The notes: generated from the letters alone by a model not told the origin. Shown: positions 24,483 to 37,042, numbered from the stretch's first letter. The stretch is 64,000 nucleotides of DNA from Terriglobia bacterium (GCA_965198225.1 CBDAOY010000008.1:448001-512000), one strand, 5' to 3'. A program made the numbers and translations.

Positions 24483-25532
24483 GTGAGAGGGAATCGGGCT
24501 CTGGTCGATCATCTGGAAAGACTCATCCGGGAGCGCGGCCGACTTCCTTTCGATGTCTACATGTCGGAGGTTCTCTACCACCCTGACTACGGGTACTATT
24601 CCACCGACGCGGATCGGATCGGAGCCCTGGGGGATTTCTACACCGCGGCGGATTTGGATCCGGCAGTGGGTCAGCTCCTGACCGGTCTCTTTGATTACAT
24701 GGCCGCGCGTATTGATCGGTTCACGCTGGTTGAGATCGGAGCCGGCAAGGGTTTGCTCGCACGCCACATCCTCGAGCAACGGCGTTTCCCCTACGTGATC
24801 GTCGAGCGGAGCGGGGCGATGAGGGCCCGTCAGCAGGAGGCTCTCGAGGGGTACGGGGTCGAGTGGCGGGACCGGCTTCCGGACGGTGTCCACGGCTGTA
24901 TCTTTTCCAATGAGTTCTTCGACGCTCTCCCTGTACGCCGGTTCGTCCGGCGTGGCGGAAAGCTTCGCGAAGTCTTCGTCGGGGAGGGCTTTAGCGAAAT
25001 CGAGGCAGATCCGGAAATTCCCTTCGACCTCCAGCTGTCGGAAGAAGGCCAGGCGGGCGAGGTCAGCCTCGAGGCCCGAGAGTGGATCCGGCAGGTCGCG
25101 AAGGCGCTCGAGCTCGGATACCATCTGGTTGTCGATTACGGCGACCTTCGCCGGGAACTCTTCTCCCGTCAGAGGGGGACCCTGATGTGTTACCGGGCGC
25201 ACCAGACCAACGAGGATCCGTACTCCTGGATCGGGGAACAGGACATCACCGCACACGTCAATTTCTCGGATCTGATCGACGAGGGGACCGATCACGGTCT
25301 GGAGCTTTCGGGTTATTCGACCCAGAGGGAGTTCCTCGTCGATCTGGGCCTGCTCGAGCTTATGGAGCCTCTGGCGATGAGTCAGGACGCTAGTTCGATT
25401 CGACGGCTCCAGGCCCTGAAGAACCTCCTTTTGCCGCCGATGATGGGAGAGCGTTTCAAGGTGCTCTTGCAGCGGAAGGGGGTCGACGCTGGCTTGCTGC
25501 CCGGCTTTCGGAAAGGAGGCAGGGAGGCCTGA
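24483..25532 (+). CDS. NDUFAF7/MidA family SAM-dependent methyltransferase (Methyltransf_28)
   Basis: GYY...IG..GDFYTA, VEIGAGKG, SNEFFDALPV, DYG, GTL.CY, GEQDITAHVNF, MGERFKVL; SD CAGGAG before GTG 24483. Confidence 0.9.
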   Translation: MRGNRALVDHLERLIRERGRLPFDVYMSEVLYHPDYGYYSTDADRIGALGDFYTAADLDPAVGQLLTGLFDYMAARIDRFTLVEIGAGKGLLARHILEQRRFPYVIVERSGAMRARQQEALEGYGVEWRDRLPDGVHGCIFSNEFFDALPVRRFVRRGGKLREVFVGEGFSEIEADPEIPFDLQLSEEGQAGEVSLEAREWIRQVAKALELGYHLVVDYGDLRRELFSRQRGTLMCYRAHQTNEDPYSWIGEQDITAHVNFSDLIDEGTDHGLELSGYSTQREFLVDLGLLELMEPLAMSQDASSIRRLQALKNLLLPPMMGERFKVLLQRKGVDAGLLPGFRKGGREA

Positions 25533-25750
25533 TCCGGCAAGCGGGGCCTGGTGGCCCGAAAACCGACATCAGCGTATGGTTTCAAGCAAATACGGTCTGT
25601 TCTTCCGTTGGATTGTGCGTTAATATTGCATGTTTGCCGACGCCCCGTGCGCCGCGTCGGAAGCTGTATCGAGCACCGGTGTGCGGGGACGTCACGGATG
25701 TACCGACCGCGCGTTTCCCCCAGGACCCACCTTTCTGAGAAGACACAGGC

Positions 25751-26692
25751 GTGGCAGAAGAAAGAGAAGATCAGCCAAACGAGGAATCGGGCTCCGAGCC
25801 CCAGCCCCCGGCGGAAACTTCGGCGAACCCTCCAGGAGAGGATCTTCCAGGCCCTGAAGGCCAGCCCGCCTCCTCTACCAGCAGCGATAGCGCGGAGAGT
25901 AGTAATCCGGACAAGCCTGCATCGCCGCCGTCGGCTGGCAGTGACCCGGACAAGCCGTCACACCCAGCTGGAGATGACACTGAATCGGACAAGCCGGCTC
26001 CGCCGGCGCCGGCCAGTGATCCGGACAAGCTGGCATCGCCAGCGCCGGCCGGCAATGCTCCGGACAAGCCGGCATCGCCCGGAGATGCCAAGCCGGCCGT
26101 GCCCAAGCCGCCTCCGAAGAAGCCGGCCCGCAAGAAGCCGAAGGGGCCCGTGCCGGGACCCTGGTCCTCTCCGCTCGTCGATGCCCTCAGGGAGAAGTTT
26201 CCGGGTCAGGTCCTGGACTCCTACAAGTTCATCTCCCAACGGCAGATCCTGATCAAGAAAGACCGCGTTACGGAGATCATGGGATTCCTGCGGCGCAACG
26301 ACATCGAGGCGTTCGATTTCTTGAGCGATGAGACGGCCACGCACTGGCCCAAGGAAGAGGAATTCGAACTCGTTTACAACCTGTACTCATTCGAGACGAA
26401 CGACCGCCTCCGGGTCAAAGCGCGCATCAAGGAGTGGGAACAGGTCGAGAGCCTCGTCAGCGTTTGGCCCGGGACCAACTGGCTGGAACGAGAGATTTAC
26501 GACATGTTCGGCATCCAGTTCGCAAACCATCCGAACTTGAAGCGAATCCTTTTGCCCGAGGACTGGGTCGGGTTCCCGCTTAGGAAGGACTACAACATCC
26601 GCCTTCAGGATGTAGAGTGGGTGCGAAAACACCTGGGCATCGATTCCGGGCAGAAGTTTTACGTCGGGGAGGCACGGCACGAGGAAAACTAG
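25751..26692 (+). CDS. nuoC: NADH-quinone oxidoreductase subunit C with a long low-complexity N-terminus
   Basis: WLEREIYDMFGI.F..HP.LKRILL...GFPLRKDY; first ~135 aa are P/S/A/D/K-rich. Confidence 0.93.
   Translation: MAEEREDQPNEESGSEPQPPAETSANPPGEDLPGPEGQPASSTSSDSAESSNPDKPASPPSAGSDPDKPSHPAGDDTESDKPAPPAPASDPDKLASPAPAGNAPDKPASPGDAKPAVPKPPPKKPARKKPKGPVPGPWSSPLVDALREKFPGQVLDSYKFISQRQILIKKDRVTEIMGFLRRNDIEAFDFLSDETATHWPKEEEFELVYNLYSFETNDRLRVKARIKEWEQVESLVSVWPGTNWLEREIYDMFGIQFANHPNLKRILLPEDWVGFPLRKDYNIRLQDVEWVRKHLGIDSGQKFYVGEARHEEN
25903..26100 (+). repeat. In-frame degenerate 36-39 bp tandem repeat (PDKPASP..., 5-6 copies)
   Basis: Recurring cggacaagc core. Confidence 0.85.
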
Positions 26693-26752
26693 TAGGCCGT
26701 TATCCGTTGTCCGCTATCGTGAATGCGTACCGCCTAACGGCCTACGGGCAAC
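26692..26752. repeat. Inverted-arm heptamer array after the nuoC stop
   Basis: gtaggcc-gttatcc-gttgtcc-gctatc ... cgcctaa-cggccta-cgggcaac; same family as 2628-2854. Confidence 0.85.
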
Positions 26753-26824
26753 TTGTTTTAGATCGCCGAAACGTGAGCAGCGAAATCTGGTTCCCAAGCG
26801 AGTAACGCTGAGCTTAAGCCAACG

Positions 26825-27937
26825 ATGAAACACGAGACCCTATTCGATTCGAGTGAGATCACCGTCAGCATGGGCCCCCAGCATCCGTCTACCCACGGGG
26901 TGCTGCAGGTCAAGCTGAAGCTCGACGGCGAGAAAGTGAACGATGCCGAGTGTGTCATCGGCTACCTCCATCGAGGAGTCGAAAAGCTGGGCGAAAACCA
27001 GACCTACGGTCAGTTCCTCCCGACGCTCGATCGGATGGACTACATCGCCGCAGTCTCCAATTGCCTGGGCTATGTCGAAGCCATCGAGAAGATGCTCGAG
27101 GTTGAGGCGCCGCCTAGGGCACAGTACGTCCGGGTCATCCTGACCGAGTTGAACCGCATCAGCAGCCACCTTCTCTGGCTGGGAACCCATGCGCTCGACA
27201 TCGGCGCGATGACGGTGTTCCTCTACGCGTTCCGTGAGAGGGAAGAGGTTCTCAAGATCTTCGAGAACTACTGCGGTGCCCGGTTGACGACCCACATTTT
27301 TCGTGTCGGCGGCCTGCAGTACGAGATCTATGAGGGGTTTGAGGAGCAGGTCCGGACCTTCGTGGACGATTTCCCGAAGAAAGTCGACGAATATGAACAG
27401 CTGCTGACGGAGAATCGCATCTGGCTGGGACGGACCAGGGGCGTCGGTGTGCTGACGAAAGAAGAAGCGATCGACCTCGGCGTGAACGGTCCCTGCCTGC
27501 GGGCTTCGGGACTGGCGTGGGATTTGAGAAAGTCGAATCCCTACGCCGCGTACGCGGATTTCGATTTCGACATCCCGGTCGGTGAATACGGGGATACCTA
27601 TGACCGCTATCTCGTCCGGGTGGAAGAGATGCGACAGGCGAACCGGATCGTTTCGCAGGCTGTGGCGAAAATCCCGGATGGCCCGATCAAGGCAAAGGTC
27701 GGAAAGATCCTGAAGCCCGTCGTCGGCGACGTCTACCACGCCATCGAGGCGCCGAAGGGAGAGCTGGGCTACTATGTTGTGGCCGACGGATCGACCCAAC
27801 CCTACCGGGTTCGCGTACGGCCTCCGTCTTACATCAACCTGCAGGCGCTGCGTCAGATGGTCCGGGGCCACATGGTGGCGGACGTCGTGGCCATCATCGG
27901 AACTCTCGACATCGTTCTCGGTGAAATCGATCGCTAG
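26825..27937 (+). CDS. nuoD: NADH-quinone oxidoreductase subunit D
   Basis: [29 protein letters not shown], ends GEIDR. Confidence 0.97.
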   Translation: MKHETLFDSSEITVSMGPQHPSTHGVLQVKLKLDGEKVNDAECVIGYLHRGVEKLGENQTYGQFLPTLDRMDYIAAVSNCLGYVEAIEKMLEVEAPPRAQYVRVILTELNRISSHLLWLGTHALDIGAMTVFLYAFREREEVLKIFENYCGARLTTHIFRVGGLQYEIYEGFEEQVRTFVDDFPKKVDEYEQLLTENRIWLGRTRGVGVLTKEEAIDLGVNGPCLRASGLAWDLRKSNPYAAYADFDFDIPVGEYGDTYDRYLVRVEEMRQANRIVSQAVAKIPDGPIKAKVGKILKPVVGDVYHAIEAPKGELGYYVVADGSTQPYRVRVRPPSYINLQALRQMVRGHMVADVVAIIGTLDIVLGEIDR

Positions 27938-27940
27938 CTC

Positions 27941-29005
27941 ATGGACTTCCTCGTCGACTTCATCCTGATTCCGCTCATCAAGATCATCGTCGTCTTTCTG
28001 ACTCTATCGCTTGTCGTGGCGTACCTGACATTGCTGGAGCGCAAGGTCATCGCGTTCATGCAGGTGCGGCTGGGCCCCATGCGGGTCGGCCCGTACGGTT
28101 TGCTGCAGCCGATCGCCGACGGACTGAAGCTCATGCTCAAGGAAGACATCGTCCCGGCACGTGCCGATCGGCTGATCTTCACGATGGCGCCGATCATCAC
28201 GCTGATCCCGGCGTTCATCGTCTTTGCGGTGATCCCGTTCGGACCGAGCATCGAATTGTTCGGGCGTGAGATCACGCTCCACATTACCGACCTGAACATC
28301 GGGGTGCTCTACGTTCTGGCTATTTCGTCGATCGGGATTCTGGGCGTGATTCTGGGAGGCTGGGCCTCGAACAGCAAGTACCCGCTGCTGGGTGCGCTGC
28401 GCTCGGCCGCCCAGATGGTCAGCTATGAGGTTGCTCTGGGCTTTTCGATCATCGGGATCCTGCTGCTGGCAGGAACGCTGAGCCTGGTTGAGATCGTCGA
28501 GGCACAACGAGACAGCGGATACTGGTACGTCTTCCTGCAGCCGGTCGCGTTCATCCTGTTCTTCGTATGCGGCGTTGCCGAGACGAACCGGGCGCCTTTC
28601 GACCTGCCCGAGGCGGAAACGGAGCTCGTCGCCGGCTTTCACACCGAGTACAGCGGCTTCCGCTTTTCTTTGTTCTTCCTGGCCGAATACGCCAGCATGA
28701 TCGTGATCTCGTGCATGGCGGTGACGCTCTTCTGGGGCGGGTGGCTCCGGCCGTTCCCGAGTGTCGAGGCTCTGAGCTTTCTCGACAGCATCCCGGCCGC
28801 GATCGGCATCCCGGCCGGGATCGTGGGAGTCGGATGGTTTTCGTTGAAGGTTCTGGTTTTTCTCTATTTCTACCTGTGGTTCCGGGCCACCTGGCCCCGT
28901 TACCGCTACGACCAGCTGATGAGCATCGGTTGGCGCTATCTGCTGCCAATTTCGATTGCTAACGTCATCGCCACCGCGGTTCTGATTCTGGTTTTGAGGG
29001 GATAG
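27941..29005 (+). CDS. nuoH: NADH-quinone oxidoreductase subunit H
   Basis: ERKV...Q.RLGP, QPIADGLK, ETNRAPFDLPEAE, PRYRYDQ. Confidence 0.97.
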   Translation: MDFLVDFILIPLIKIIVVFLTLSLVVAYLTLLERKVIAFMQVRLGPMRVGPYGLLQPIADGLKLMLKEDIVPARADRLIFTMAPIITLIPAFIVFAVIPFGPSIELFGREITLHITDLNIGVLYVLAISSIGILGVILGGWASNSKYPLLGALRSAAQMVSYEVALGFSIIGILLLAGTLSLVEIVEAQRDSGYWYVFLQPVAFILFFVCGVAETNRAPFDLPEAETELVAGFHTEYSGFRFSLFFLAEYASMIVISCMAVTLFWGGWLRPFPSVEALSFLDSIPAAIGIPAGIVGVGWFSLKVLVFLYFYLWFRATWPRYRYDQLMSIGWRYLLPISIANVIATAVLILVLRG

Positions 29006-29010
29006 ACGAG

Positions 29011-29484
29011 ATGAAGGTTGTTCGTCCGCAAGGACTTTCTCTGTTGAAGAAGATTTTCCTGGTCGACCTGATCAAGGGGTTGATGGTCACGTTTTCCTAC
29101 CAGCGTCCTTCGGCCAATTACACGGAACAGTACCCGAAGGTGCGCCCGAAAGTGTCGGAGCGATATCGCGGCGCGCCGCGCCTGAACAACGACCCCGAGA
29201 CCGGTGAGACCCTCTGTATCGCATGCAACCTGTGTGCGCTGGCATGCCCGGAGTACTGCATCGAGGTCGGTTGGGATCGCAACGAGGCCGGGAAGAAGGT
29301 CCTCACGACGTTCACCTTCGACATCTCCCGATGCATGTTCTGCGGCCTGTGCGAAGACGCGTGCCCGACTCCGTGCCTGGAACTGACCCAGGACTTTGAA
29401 CTGGCGCTGTACGGACGGACCGACATGAAGTGGGATCGCCAGAAGCTCGAAGAAGGGAACCAGCCCGTTCTGTACACGAAATGA
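29011..29484 (+). CDS. nuoI: NADH-quinone oxidoreductase subunit I
   Basis: Two 4Fe-4S motifs, CIACNLC...CP and CMFCGLC...CP. Confidence 0.96.
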   Translation: MKVVRPQGLSLLKKIFLVDLIKGLMVTFSYQRPSANYTEQYPKVRPKVSERYRGAPRLNNDPETGETLCIACNLCALACPEYCIEVGWDRNEAGKKVLTTFTFDISRCMFCGLCEDACPTPCLELTQDFELALYGRTDMKWDRQKLEEGNQPVLYTK

Positions 29485-29500
29485 CCGGCGCCCGATAAGC

Positions 29501-30031
29501 ATGCTTGAACTCGTCGTCTTTTACATCTTTGCAGCGATCGCCGTGGTGTCGGCAATCCTGGTGATCACGCGGCAGAACGCCGTGCATAGCGCGATGTTTC
29601 TTGCAGGGACTCTGTTGTCGGTCGCCGGAATCTTTCTGAGCCTGCGTGCGGAGTTTCTCGCGGGCGTCCAGGTGATCGTCTACGTCGGAGGCATTCTCGT
29701 TCTCTTCGTGTTCGTCATCATGCTCGTTCCGACCGATCGGGCGGTGTTCGAACGTCGCTACAACCGACAGGGGAAAGTCGCTCTGGTGACGGCAGGGATC
29801 CTGGTTGCGGAACTCGCCTACGGCGTCTACCAGGGTCGCGACTCCTTCGCGCTTCCGGCCCCGGCATCCGTGCCGGCCGTGGAAGGCAATTCGCAGGGGG
29901 TCGGGATGGTTCTGTACCAGAACTATCTGCTGCCCTTCGAGATCGCATCAATCCTGCTGCTGGTCGCCATCATCGGTGCGGTCGTGCTTTCGAAGAAACC
30001 GACGCCGGCAGAAGAGCCGGCAGGGGATTGA
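29501..30031 (+). CDS. nuoJ: NADH-quinone oxidoreductase subunit J
   Basis: [29 protein letters not shown]. Confidence 0.95.
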   Translation: MLELVVFYIFAAIAVVSAILVITRQNAVHSAMFLAGTLLSVAGIFLSLRAEFLAGVQVIVYVGGILVLFVFVIMLVPTDRAVFERRYNRQGKVALVTAGILVAELAYGVYQGRDSFALPAPASVPAVEGNSQGVGMVLYQNYLLPFEIASILLLVAIIGAVVLSKKPTPAEEPAGD

Positions 30032-30077
30032 GTCCAAATGGCACGTGACACGGATCAAGAGCGGGCAGGTTGAGCCA

Positions 30078-30380
30078 ATGGTACCGGTACATCATTATCT
30101 GATCCTCGGTGTGGCCCTCTTCACGATCGGCGTCATTGGAGTCCTGACCCGCCGAAACGTGTTGATCATCCTGATGTCGATCGAGTTGATGATGAATGCG
30201 GTCAACATCAACCTGATCGCTTTCTCCAGGGAGCTCGAACATGTGACGGGGCAGGTTTTCGCAGTCTTCGTGATCGTCGTCGCGGCTGCTGAGGCCGCCG
30301 TCGGACTGGGAATCGTGATCGCGATGTTTGCCAACAAGGAAACCGTGAACGTCAACGAGATCGATCTCATGAAATGGTGA
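30078..30380 (+). CDS. nuoK: NADH-quinone oxidoreductase subunit K
   Basis: RRN...[21 protein letters not shown]; start at internal ATG 30078. Confidence 0.95.
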   Translation: MVPVHHYLILGVALFTIGVIGVLTRRNVLIILMSIELMMNAVNINLIAFSRELEHVTGQVFAVFVIVVAAAEAAVGLGIVIAMFANKETVNVNEIDLMKW

Positions 30381-30382
30381 CT

Positions 30383-30448
30383 GCAGGTGTGCTCTATGAG
30401 CGCAGGTGTTTCGGTTCGAAGAAGTGTGCGGTCATAGACCGCACCTAC
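30383..30448. repeat. GTAG-type REP doublet, copy 2 (between nuoK and nuoL)
   Basis: gcaggtgtgctctatgagcgca ... gtgcggtcatagaccgcacctac. Confidence 0.85.
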
Positions 30449-30459
30449 AAACAAATTTA

Positions 30460-32511
<2,052 letters not shown>

Positions 32512-32536
32512 GCCCCGGAGGCTGGAGTTTCGATAC

Positions 32537-34219
32537 ATGGGCTTTTTCTCGACACACATTCTGACAATCGTCACTTTCCTGCCGCTGGCCGGGGCATTGG
32601 TCCTGTTGTTCCTCAACAAGGAGAACACAACCCTGATCCGGTGGTGGGCCAACCTGGTGGGGCTTGCCGGCTTTCTGGTCTCTGTGCCGCTGTTCTTCTG
32701 GTTCGACTATGACAATGCCGGCGAGATGCAGTTCGTCGAGCGGGTCGACTGGATCACAGCGATCGGAGTGGAGTACGCGGTCGGGATCGACGGAATCAGC
32801 CTCCTGCTGGTTCTGCTGACCACATTGCTGGGCACGATCGCGATCCTTTCGTCATGGGCCTCGATTCAGGATCGCGCCAAGGAATACTACATTTTCATGC
32901 TGATGCTCCAAACCGGCATGCTTGGTGTTTTCGTTGCGCTCGATTTCTTCATGTTCTACGTGTTCTGGGAAGTCATGCTCGTGCCCATGTACTTCCTCAT
33001 CGGAGTCTGGGGCGGGCCCAGAAAACTGTATGCCGCGATCAAGTTCTTCCTCTACACGCTCGTCGGCTCGGTTCTGCTCCTGCTGGGAATCCTTGCCCTT
33101 TACTTCCAGTATCCGGCTATTGCCGCTGGAATTCCGGAAATTGCGGCGCGGTTCGGAAGCGAAAGGACGTTCGACATCCTTGCCTTCCAGGCAATCGGCC
33201 AGTATTTGAGCTTCGATGTGCAGTACTGGGTGTTCCTGGCGTTCTTTGTGGGCTTTGCCATCAAAGTGCCCATGTTCCCATTCCATACGTGGCTCCCCGA
33301 CGCACACGTCGAGGCCCCGACGGCCGGATCGGTCATCCTTGCGGGCGTCCTGCTGAAGATGGGGACCTACGGGTTCGTGCGCTTCAGCCTGCCAATGCTG
33401 CCCGAGGCCAGCGTGCATTTCGTGCCCTTCATGATCACCCTGTCGATTATCGCGATCATTTACGGGGCGCTCGTCGCGATGATGCAGAAGGACATGAAGA
33501 GTCTCGTGGCGTACTCGTCGGTCAGCCACATGGGTTTCGTGATGCTCGGCATGTTTGCCTTGAATCCGCTCGGCCTGAACGGCAGCATCCTGCAGCAGAT
33601 CAACCATGGGATCTCGACGGGCGCGCTCTTCCTGATTGTCGGCATCATCTACGAACGCCGGCACACCCGTCTGATCTCCGAGTTCGGGGGCCTCTCGACG
33701 ATCATGCCGGTGTACGCGACCATCTTTCTCATCATGACTCTGTCTTCGATTGGGCTGCCTCTGATGAACGGATTCATCGGCGAGTTCGTGATCCTCCAGG
33801 GAGCGTTGCAGGAGAACCTGTGGTGGGCCATCGCCGGAGCCTCGGGAATCGTACTGGGCGCCGCCTACATGCTGTGGCTCTACCAGCGGACGATGTTCGG
33901 CAAGCTCGACAACCCGGCCAACGAGAAGCTTCCCGATATGACCCTGCGCGAGGTTGTCACGCTCGCGCCGCTGGTCATCCTGGTTTTCTGGATCGGGATC
34001 TATCCGGCACCGTTCTTCGACGCACTGGAGGAGCCGGTGGACAAGATCGTCGCCGCAGTCCGGCCTGGCTACTTCCAGGCCGAGCAGCTGGACGCGGCCG
34101 AAGAACCCGCTCCTTCGCCTGAAGCCGTCGCGGAAATCCCGCCGGCGGATCCCTCGATCTCGGATGAGGAAACCGAAACCCTGCAGGACGCGGCGGCCCT
34201 CGGAGGCGCGGCGAATTAA
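32537..34219 (+). CDS. nuoM: NADH-quinone oxidoreductase subunit M
   Basis: FYVFWE, K.P.FP.HTWLPDAHVEAPT, LLKMG.YG, AYSSVSHMG; acidic C-terminal tail. Confidence 0.96.
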   Translation: MGFFSTHILTIVTFLPLAGALVLLFLNKENTTLIRWWANLVGLAGFLVSVPLFFWFDYDNAGEMQFVERVDWITAIGVEYAVGIDGISLLLVLLTTLLGTIAILSSWASIQDRAKEYYIFMLMLQTGMLGVFVALDFFMFYVFWEVMLVPMYFLIGVWGGPRKLYAAIKFFLYTLVGSVLLLLGILALYFQYPAIAAGIPEIAARFGSERTFDILAFQAIGQYLSFDVQYWVFLAFFVGFAIKVPMFPFHTWLPDAHVEAPTAGSVILAGVLLKMGTYGFVRFSLPMLPEASVHFVPFMITLSIIAIIYGALVAMMQKDMKSLVAYSSVSHMGFVMLGMFALNPLGLNGSILQQINHGISTGALFLIVGIIYERRHTRLISEFGGLSTIMPVYATIFLIMTLSSIGLPLMNGFIGEFVILQGALQENLWWAIAGASGIVLGAAYMLWLYQRTMFGKLDNPANEKLPDMTLREVVTLAPLVILVFWIGIYPAPFFDALEEPVDKIVAAVRPGYFQAEQLDAAEEPAPSPEAVAEIPPADPSISDEETETLQDAAALGGAAN

Positions 34220-35658
34220 TGGGCGAGTTTTTTCAACTTCGGGATCTCGTGGCCATCGCTCCGGAACTGCAGCTGACGGCTTTCGGCCTCGTACTCTTGA
34301 TCGCCGACCTCGTGATCCGCGAACCGAGGAGGCTAGGATACATCGCGCTCTCCGGTCTTGCTGTATCCGCCGGATGGCTGTTTGTTGTGGGAGGAACCCA
34401 TGGGCCGGCCTACGGCGACCAGCTCGTGGTTGATCCCTTTGCCGCGTACTTCAAGTTCATCTTCCTGATCGCCGCCGGCCTGACGATCGGGCTGTCGATG
34501 CGTTACCTCGACATCGAGAGAGAGCAGCATGGCGAATACTACGCCCTGATCCTGTTCGCCACGATGGGCATGATGTTCATGGCGGGCGGAACCGACCTGG
34601 TGACGCTCTACATCGGTCTGGAGACGATGGCGATCGCAACCTATGTGCTCGTCGGGTTCCTCCGGGGGAGTCAGCGTTCCAACGAAGCCTCCCTCAAGTA
34701 CTTCCTGCTCGGTGCCTTTTCATCGGGAGTACTGCTCTACGGAATGTCCCTGCTCTACGGGTTGTCGGGTTCGACCAACCTGACCGAGATCGCCGAGGCG
34801 CTGACGCGGCGGCCGGCGGCCGATCCCATTTCACTGGTGGCGATGATTACCGTTGCGGCTGGCCTTTTCTTCAAGATCGCCGCGGTGCCGTTCCATCAGT
34901 GGGTGCCAGACGCATACGAGGGGGCGCCGACCTCGGTAACGGCCTTCATGTCGGTTGCCGTCAAAGCGGCATCGTTCGCGATGATGGTCCGGGTGTTCAT
35001 GGTCGCAATCTACCCGTTGCGCGACCAATGGGTCCCGGTCATGGCGGCCGTTTGCGCGATGACGATCACCGTGGGTAACGTTGCCGCGCTGAGCCAGTCG
35101 AACGTCAAGCGCCTGCTGGCCTATTCGTCCATTTCCCATGCCGGGTTCGTACTGCTGGGTCTGATCGCGGGTAACGACACGGGCATGATCGCCATCGCCA
35201 TGTACCTGTTCGTCTACACGTTCATGAACCTGGGTGCGTGGGCGTTGGTCGTCGCTCTCCGGCGCCGGGACGTCATCGGCGAGCACATCGATGAGATGAA
35301 CGGCCTGTTCTTCAAGCATCCGACGGCCGCGATCTTGATGCTCATCTTCCTGCTGTCTCTGGCCGGCATCCCGCCGACCGCCGGCTTTGTCGCAAAGTAT
35401 TTTCTCTTCGCCGCGGTGATCGAGACCGGGCACACGACCCTGGCCGTAATCGCCGCGCTCAACATCGTCGTCGGGATTTACTATTACATGAGGGTCGTTG
35501 TCGCGATGTTCATATCCGATGCGACCGAAAAGACCGGCCTCGTGCTGTCGCCCGGTGTTGTCTCCGTGCTTGCGATCACCGTTGCTTTCACCCTGCTGAT
35601 AGGTCTCTACCCCGACCCTTTTATCGCGATGGCACAACAGGCGGCGTCGGTCTTTTAG
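34219..35658 (+). CDS. nuoN: NADH-quinone oxidoreductase subunit N
   Basis: EASLKYF, FK..AVPFHQW.PD.YEGAPT, KRLLAYSSI, SLAGIPPT.GF..K. Confidence 0.96.
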   Translation: MGEFFQLRDLVAIAPELQLTAFGLVLLIADLVIREPRRLGYIALSGLAVSAGWLFVVGGTHGPAYGDQLVVDPFAAYFKFIFLIAAGLTIGLSMRYLDIEREQHGEYYALILFATMGMMFMAGGTDLVTLYIGLETMAIATYVLVGFLRGSQRSNEASLKYFLLGAFSSGVLLYGMSLLYGLSGSTNLTEIAEALTRRPAADPISLVAMITVAAGLFFKIAAVPFHQWVPDAYEGAPTSVTAFMSVAVKAASFAMMVRVFMVAIYPLRDQWVPVMAAVCAMTITVGNVAALSQSNVKRLLAYSSISHAGFVLLGLIAGNDTGMIAIAMYLFVYTFMNLGAWALVVALRRRDVIGEHIDEMNGLFFKHPTAAILMLIFLLSLAGIPPTAGFVAKYFLFAAVIETGHTTLAVIAALNIVVGIYYYMRVVVAMFISDATEKTGLVLSPGVVSVLAITVAFTLLIGLYPDPFIAMAQQAASVF

Positions 35659-35669
35659 TAGTCAGTAGC

Positions 35670-36988
35670 CAGTAGTGTCCGACACGTTTCAGAATAGATT
35701 CAATTGGTTAGCGTTAGAGTGTCGATTTGAGATGAGCCCGGATTCGGTAAGCAGCTGAAAAAGAGGCACATTCTCAAATGGTGTGACACTCAAGATCTGT
35801 AACATTGAGTGCAACGACAAAGGCAAATTCAGTTCTTTACGCACGATAGCCACCAGCACGTAAACGCTCACGGCGACCCAGACCTGAGTTTTGACGGCGT
35901 TCTCGGAAGTGCCGAAGAAACGCTTGATGCGCAGGTGCTGTTTGATCCATTTGAAGAACAGCTCCACCTGCCAGCGCAGGCGATACAACTCGCAGATGGT
36001 CCGGGCTGGGAGCGTCATGTGATTGGTCAAGAAAACCAGTCGCCGACCCTCGGGATCGCGATAACGAATGCGACGCAACCGTTCGGGGTAGCCGCGGCGG
36101 GAGCGAAATACGGTCAGTTCGATAGTCTGATCGCAGATGAGGCCCGTGTGTCGGTCGACGGGTTGGGAGTAGATGCGCTTGAACGCGAAGTCGGATCGAG
36201 CACGGGTGACGAAGAAGCTCCCGGCTTGATTGAAGGTGTAGAGGCGATCGAAGTCGAGATAGCCGCGGTCCATCACGTAGAAAGCACCGGCTTCGGCGAT
36301 GAGCAGGTCGAGAACGTTGACGTCGTGCAGCCTGCCTTCGGAGATGTGGATGAAGCTGGGGATACCGCCACGCAGGTCGAGCAGCGTATGAAGCTTCACC
36401 GCGGCTTCGGTCTTTCGAAAGTGCGCCCAAGGGAACAGCGACAAGCACAGACTGATCATCGTGGAGTCGAGCGCGTAGACGGTTTCGTCCAGGTCGATCC
36501 CGAGCGGCTCGTGGGCATACAAGCGGCGTGCGATGCGGATCAGCGCCTGAGCGAACTCTCCGTAGATGCGCCAGTCGCGAGACTCGTTGGCATCGGCCAA
36601 TGCACTGCGGCTGACCTTCCCGTGCAACCCCAGGTGGTAGAGCTTGGCGGGTTGGGCTCGCAAGCAGGCTTGAATGTCGCGCAGGCTCTCCCGATAGGTC
36701 AGCTGAGCGAAGGCCATGCATAGGAACTGGTCCAGGCAACTGAATGTGCGGACGTTGAAATTGCCGCGGTACTTGGTCACCAGACGACGGAACGTATACC
36801 ACGGCGCGAACTCCATGACTTGTGCGAAGACCAGCTTGCCAGCGTGCATCGGTGCCTCCCAGAAACCTCTGGAAAGGCTGCCGCGAAGGCCGCACAGAAA
36901 TCAAATCGTTAACACCTTGACAAGCGCGCTACATCGCGTCAGTTCTAACTTTAGGACCGGGAGGTCCTAAATCTGTCGGACACTACTG
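35670..36988 (-). mobile_element. Complete IS4 family insertion sequence (1319 bp)
   Basis: Perfect 15-bp terminal IRs CAGTAGTGTCCGACA (35670-35684) and TGTCGGACACTACTG (36974-36988); 9-bp target duplication GTCAGTAGC (35661-35669 and 36989-36997). Confidence 0.95.
35689..36849 (-). CDS. IS4 family DDE transposase (DUF4372 N-terminus)
   Basis: FAQLT.RESLRDI, ALDST, KLH, MDRGY, Y..RWQVE.FFK..KQ (YREK signature). Confidence 0.96.
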   Translation of the reverse strand: MHAGKLVFAQVMEFAPWYTFRRLVTKYRGNFNVRTFSCLDQFLCMAFAQLTYRESLRDIQACLRAQPAKLYHLGLHGKVSRSALADANESRDWRIYGEFAQALIRIARRLYAHEPLGIDLDETVYALDSTMISLCLSLFPWAHFRKTEAAVKLHTLLDLRGGIPSFIHISEGRLHDVNVLDLLIAEAGAFYVMDRGYLDFDRLYTFNQAGSFFVTRARSDFAFKRIYSQPVDRHTGLICDQTIELTVFRSRRGYPERLRRIRYRDPEGRRLVFLTNHMTLPARTICELYRLRWQVELFFKWIKQHLRIKRFFGTSENAVKTQVWVAVSVYVLVAIVRKELNLPLSLHSMLQILSVTPFENVPLFQLLTESGLISNRHSNANQLNLF

Positions 36989-37042
36989 GTCAGTAGCCAG
37001 TAGTCAACTGAAGATGAGACTACTCCGACTCGTGGCGCGAAG

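Noticed and set aside
25560-25640. Rex or FNR operator in the AT-richer patch upstream of nuoC (TTGTGCGTTAATATTGCA)
   Set aside because: Poor match to TTGTGAA-N4-TTCACAA or TTGAT-N4-ATCAA; probably only a promoter region.
30406-30459. N-terminal extensions of nuoL (from 30406) and DUF1592 copy 3 (from 54261) in the ORF track
   Set aside because: They are translations of REP DNA (HRPHL); downstream starts at 30460 and 54468 match the homologous N-termini.
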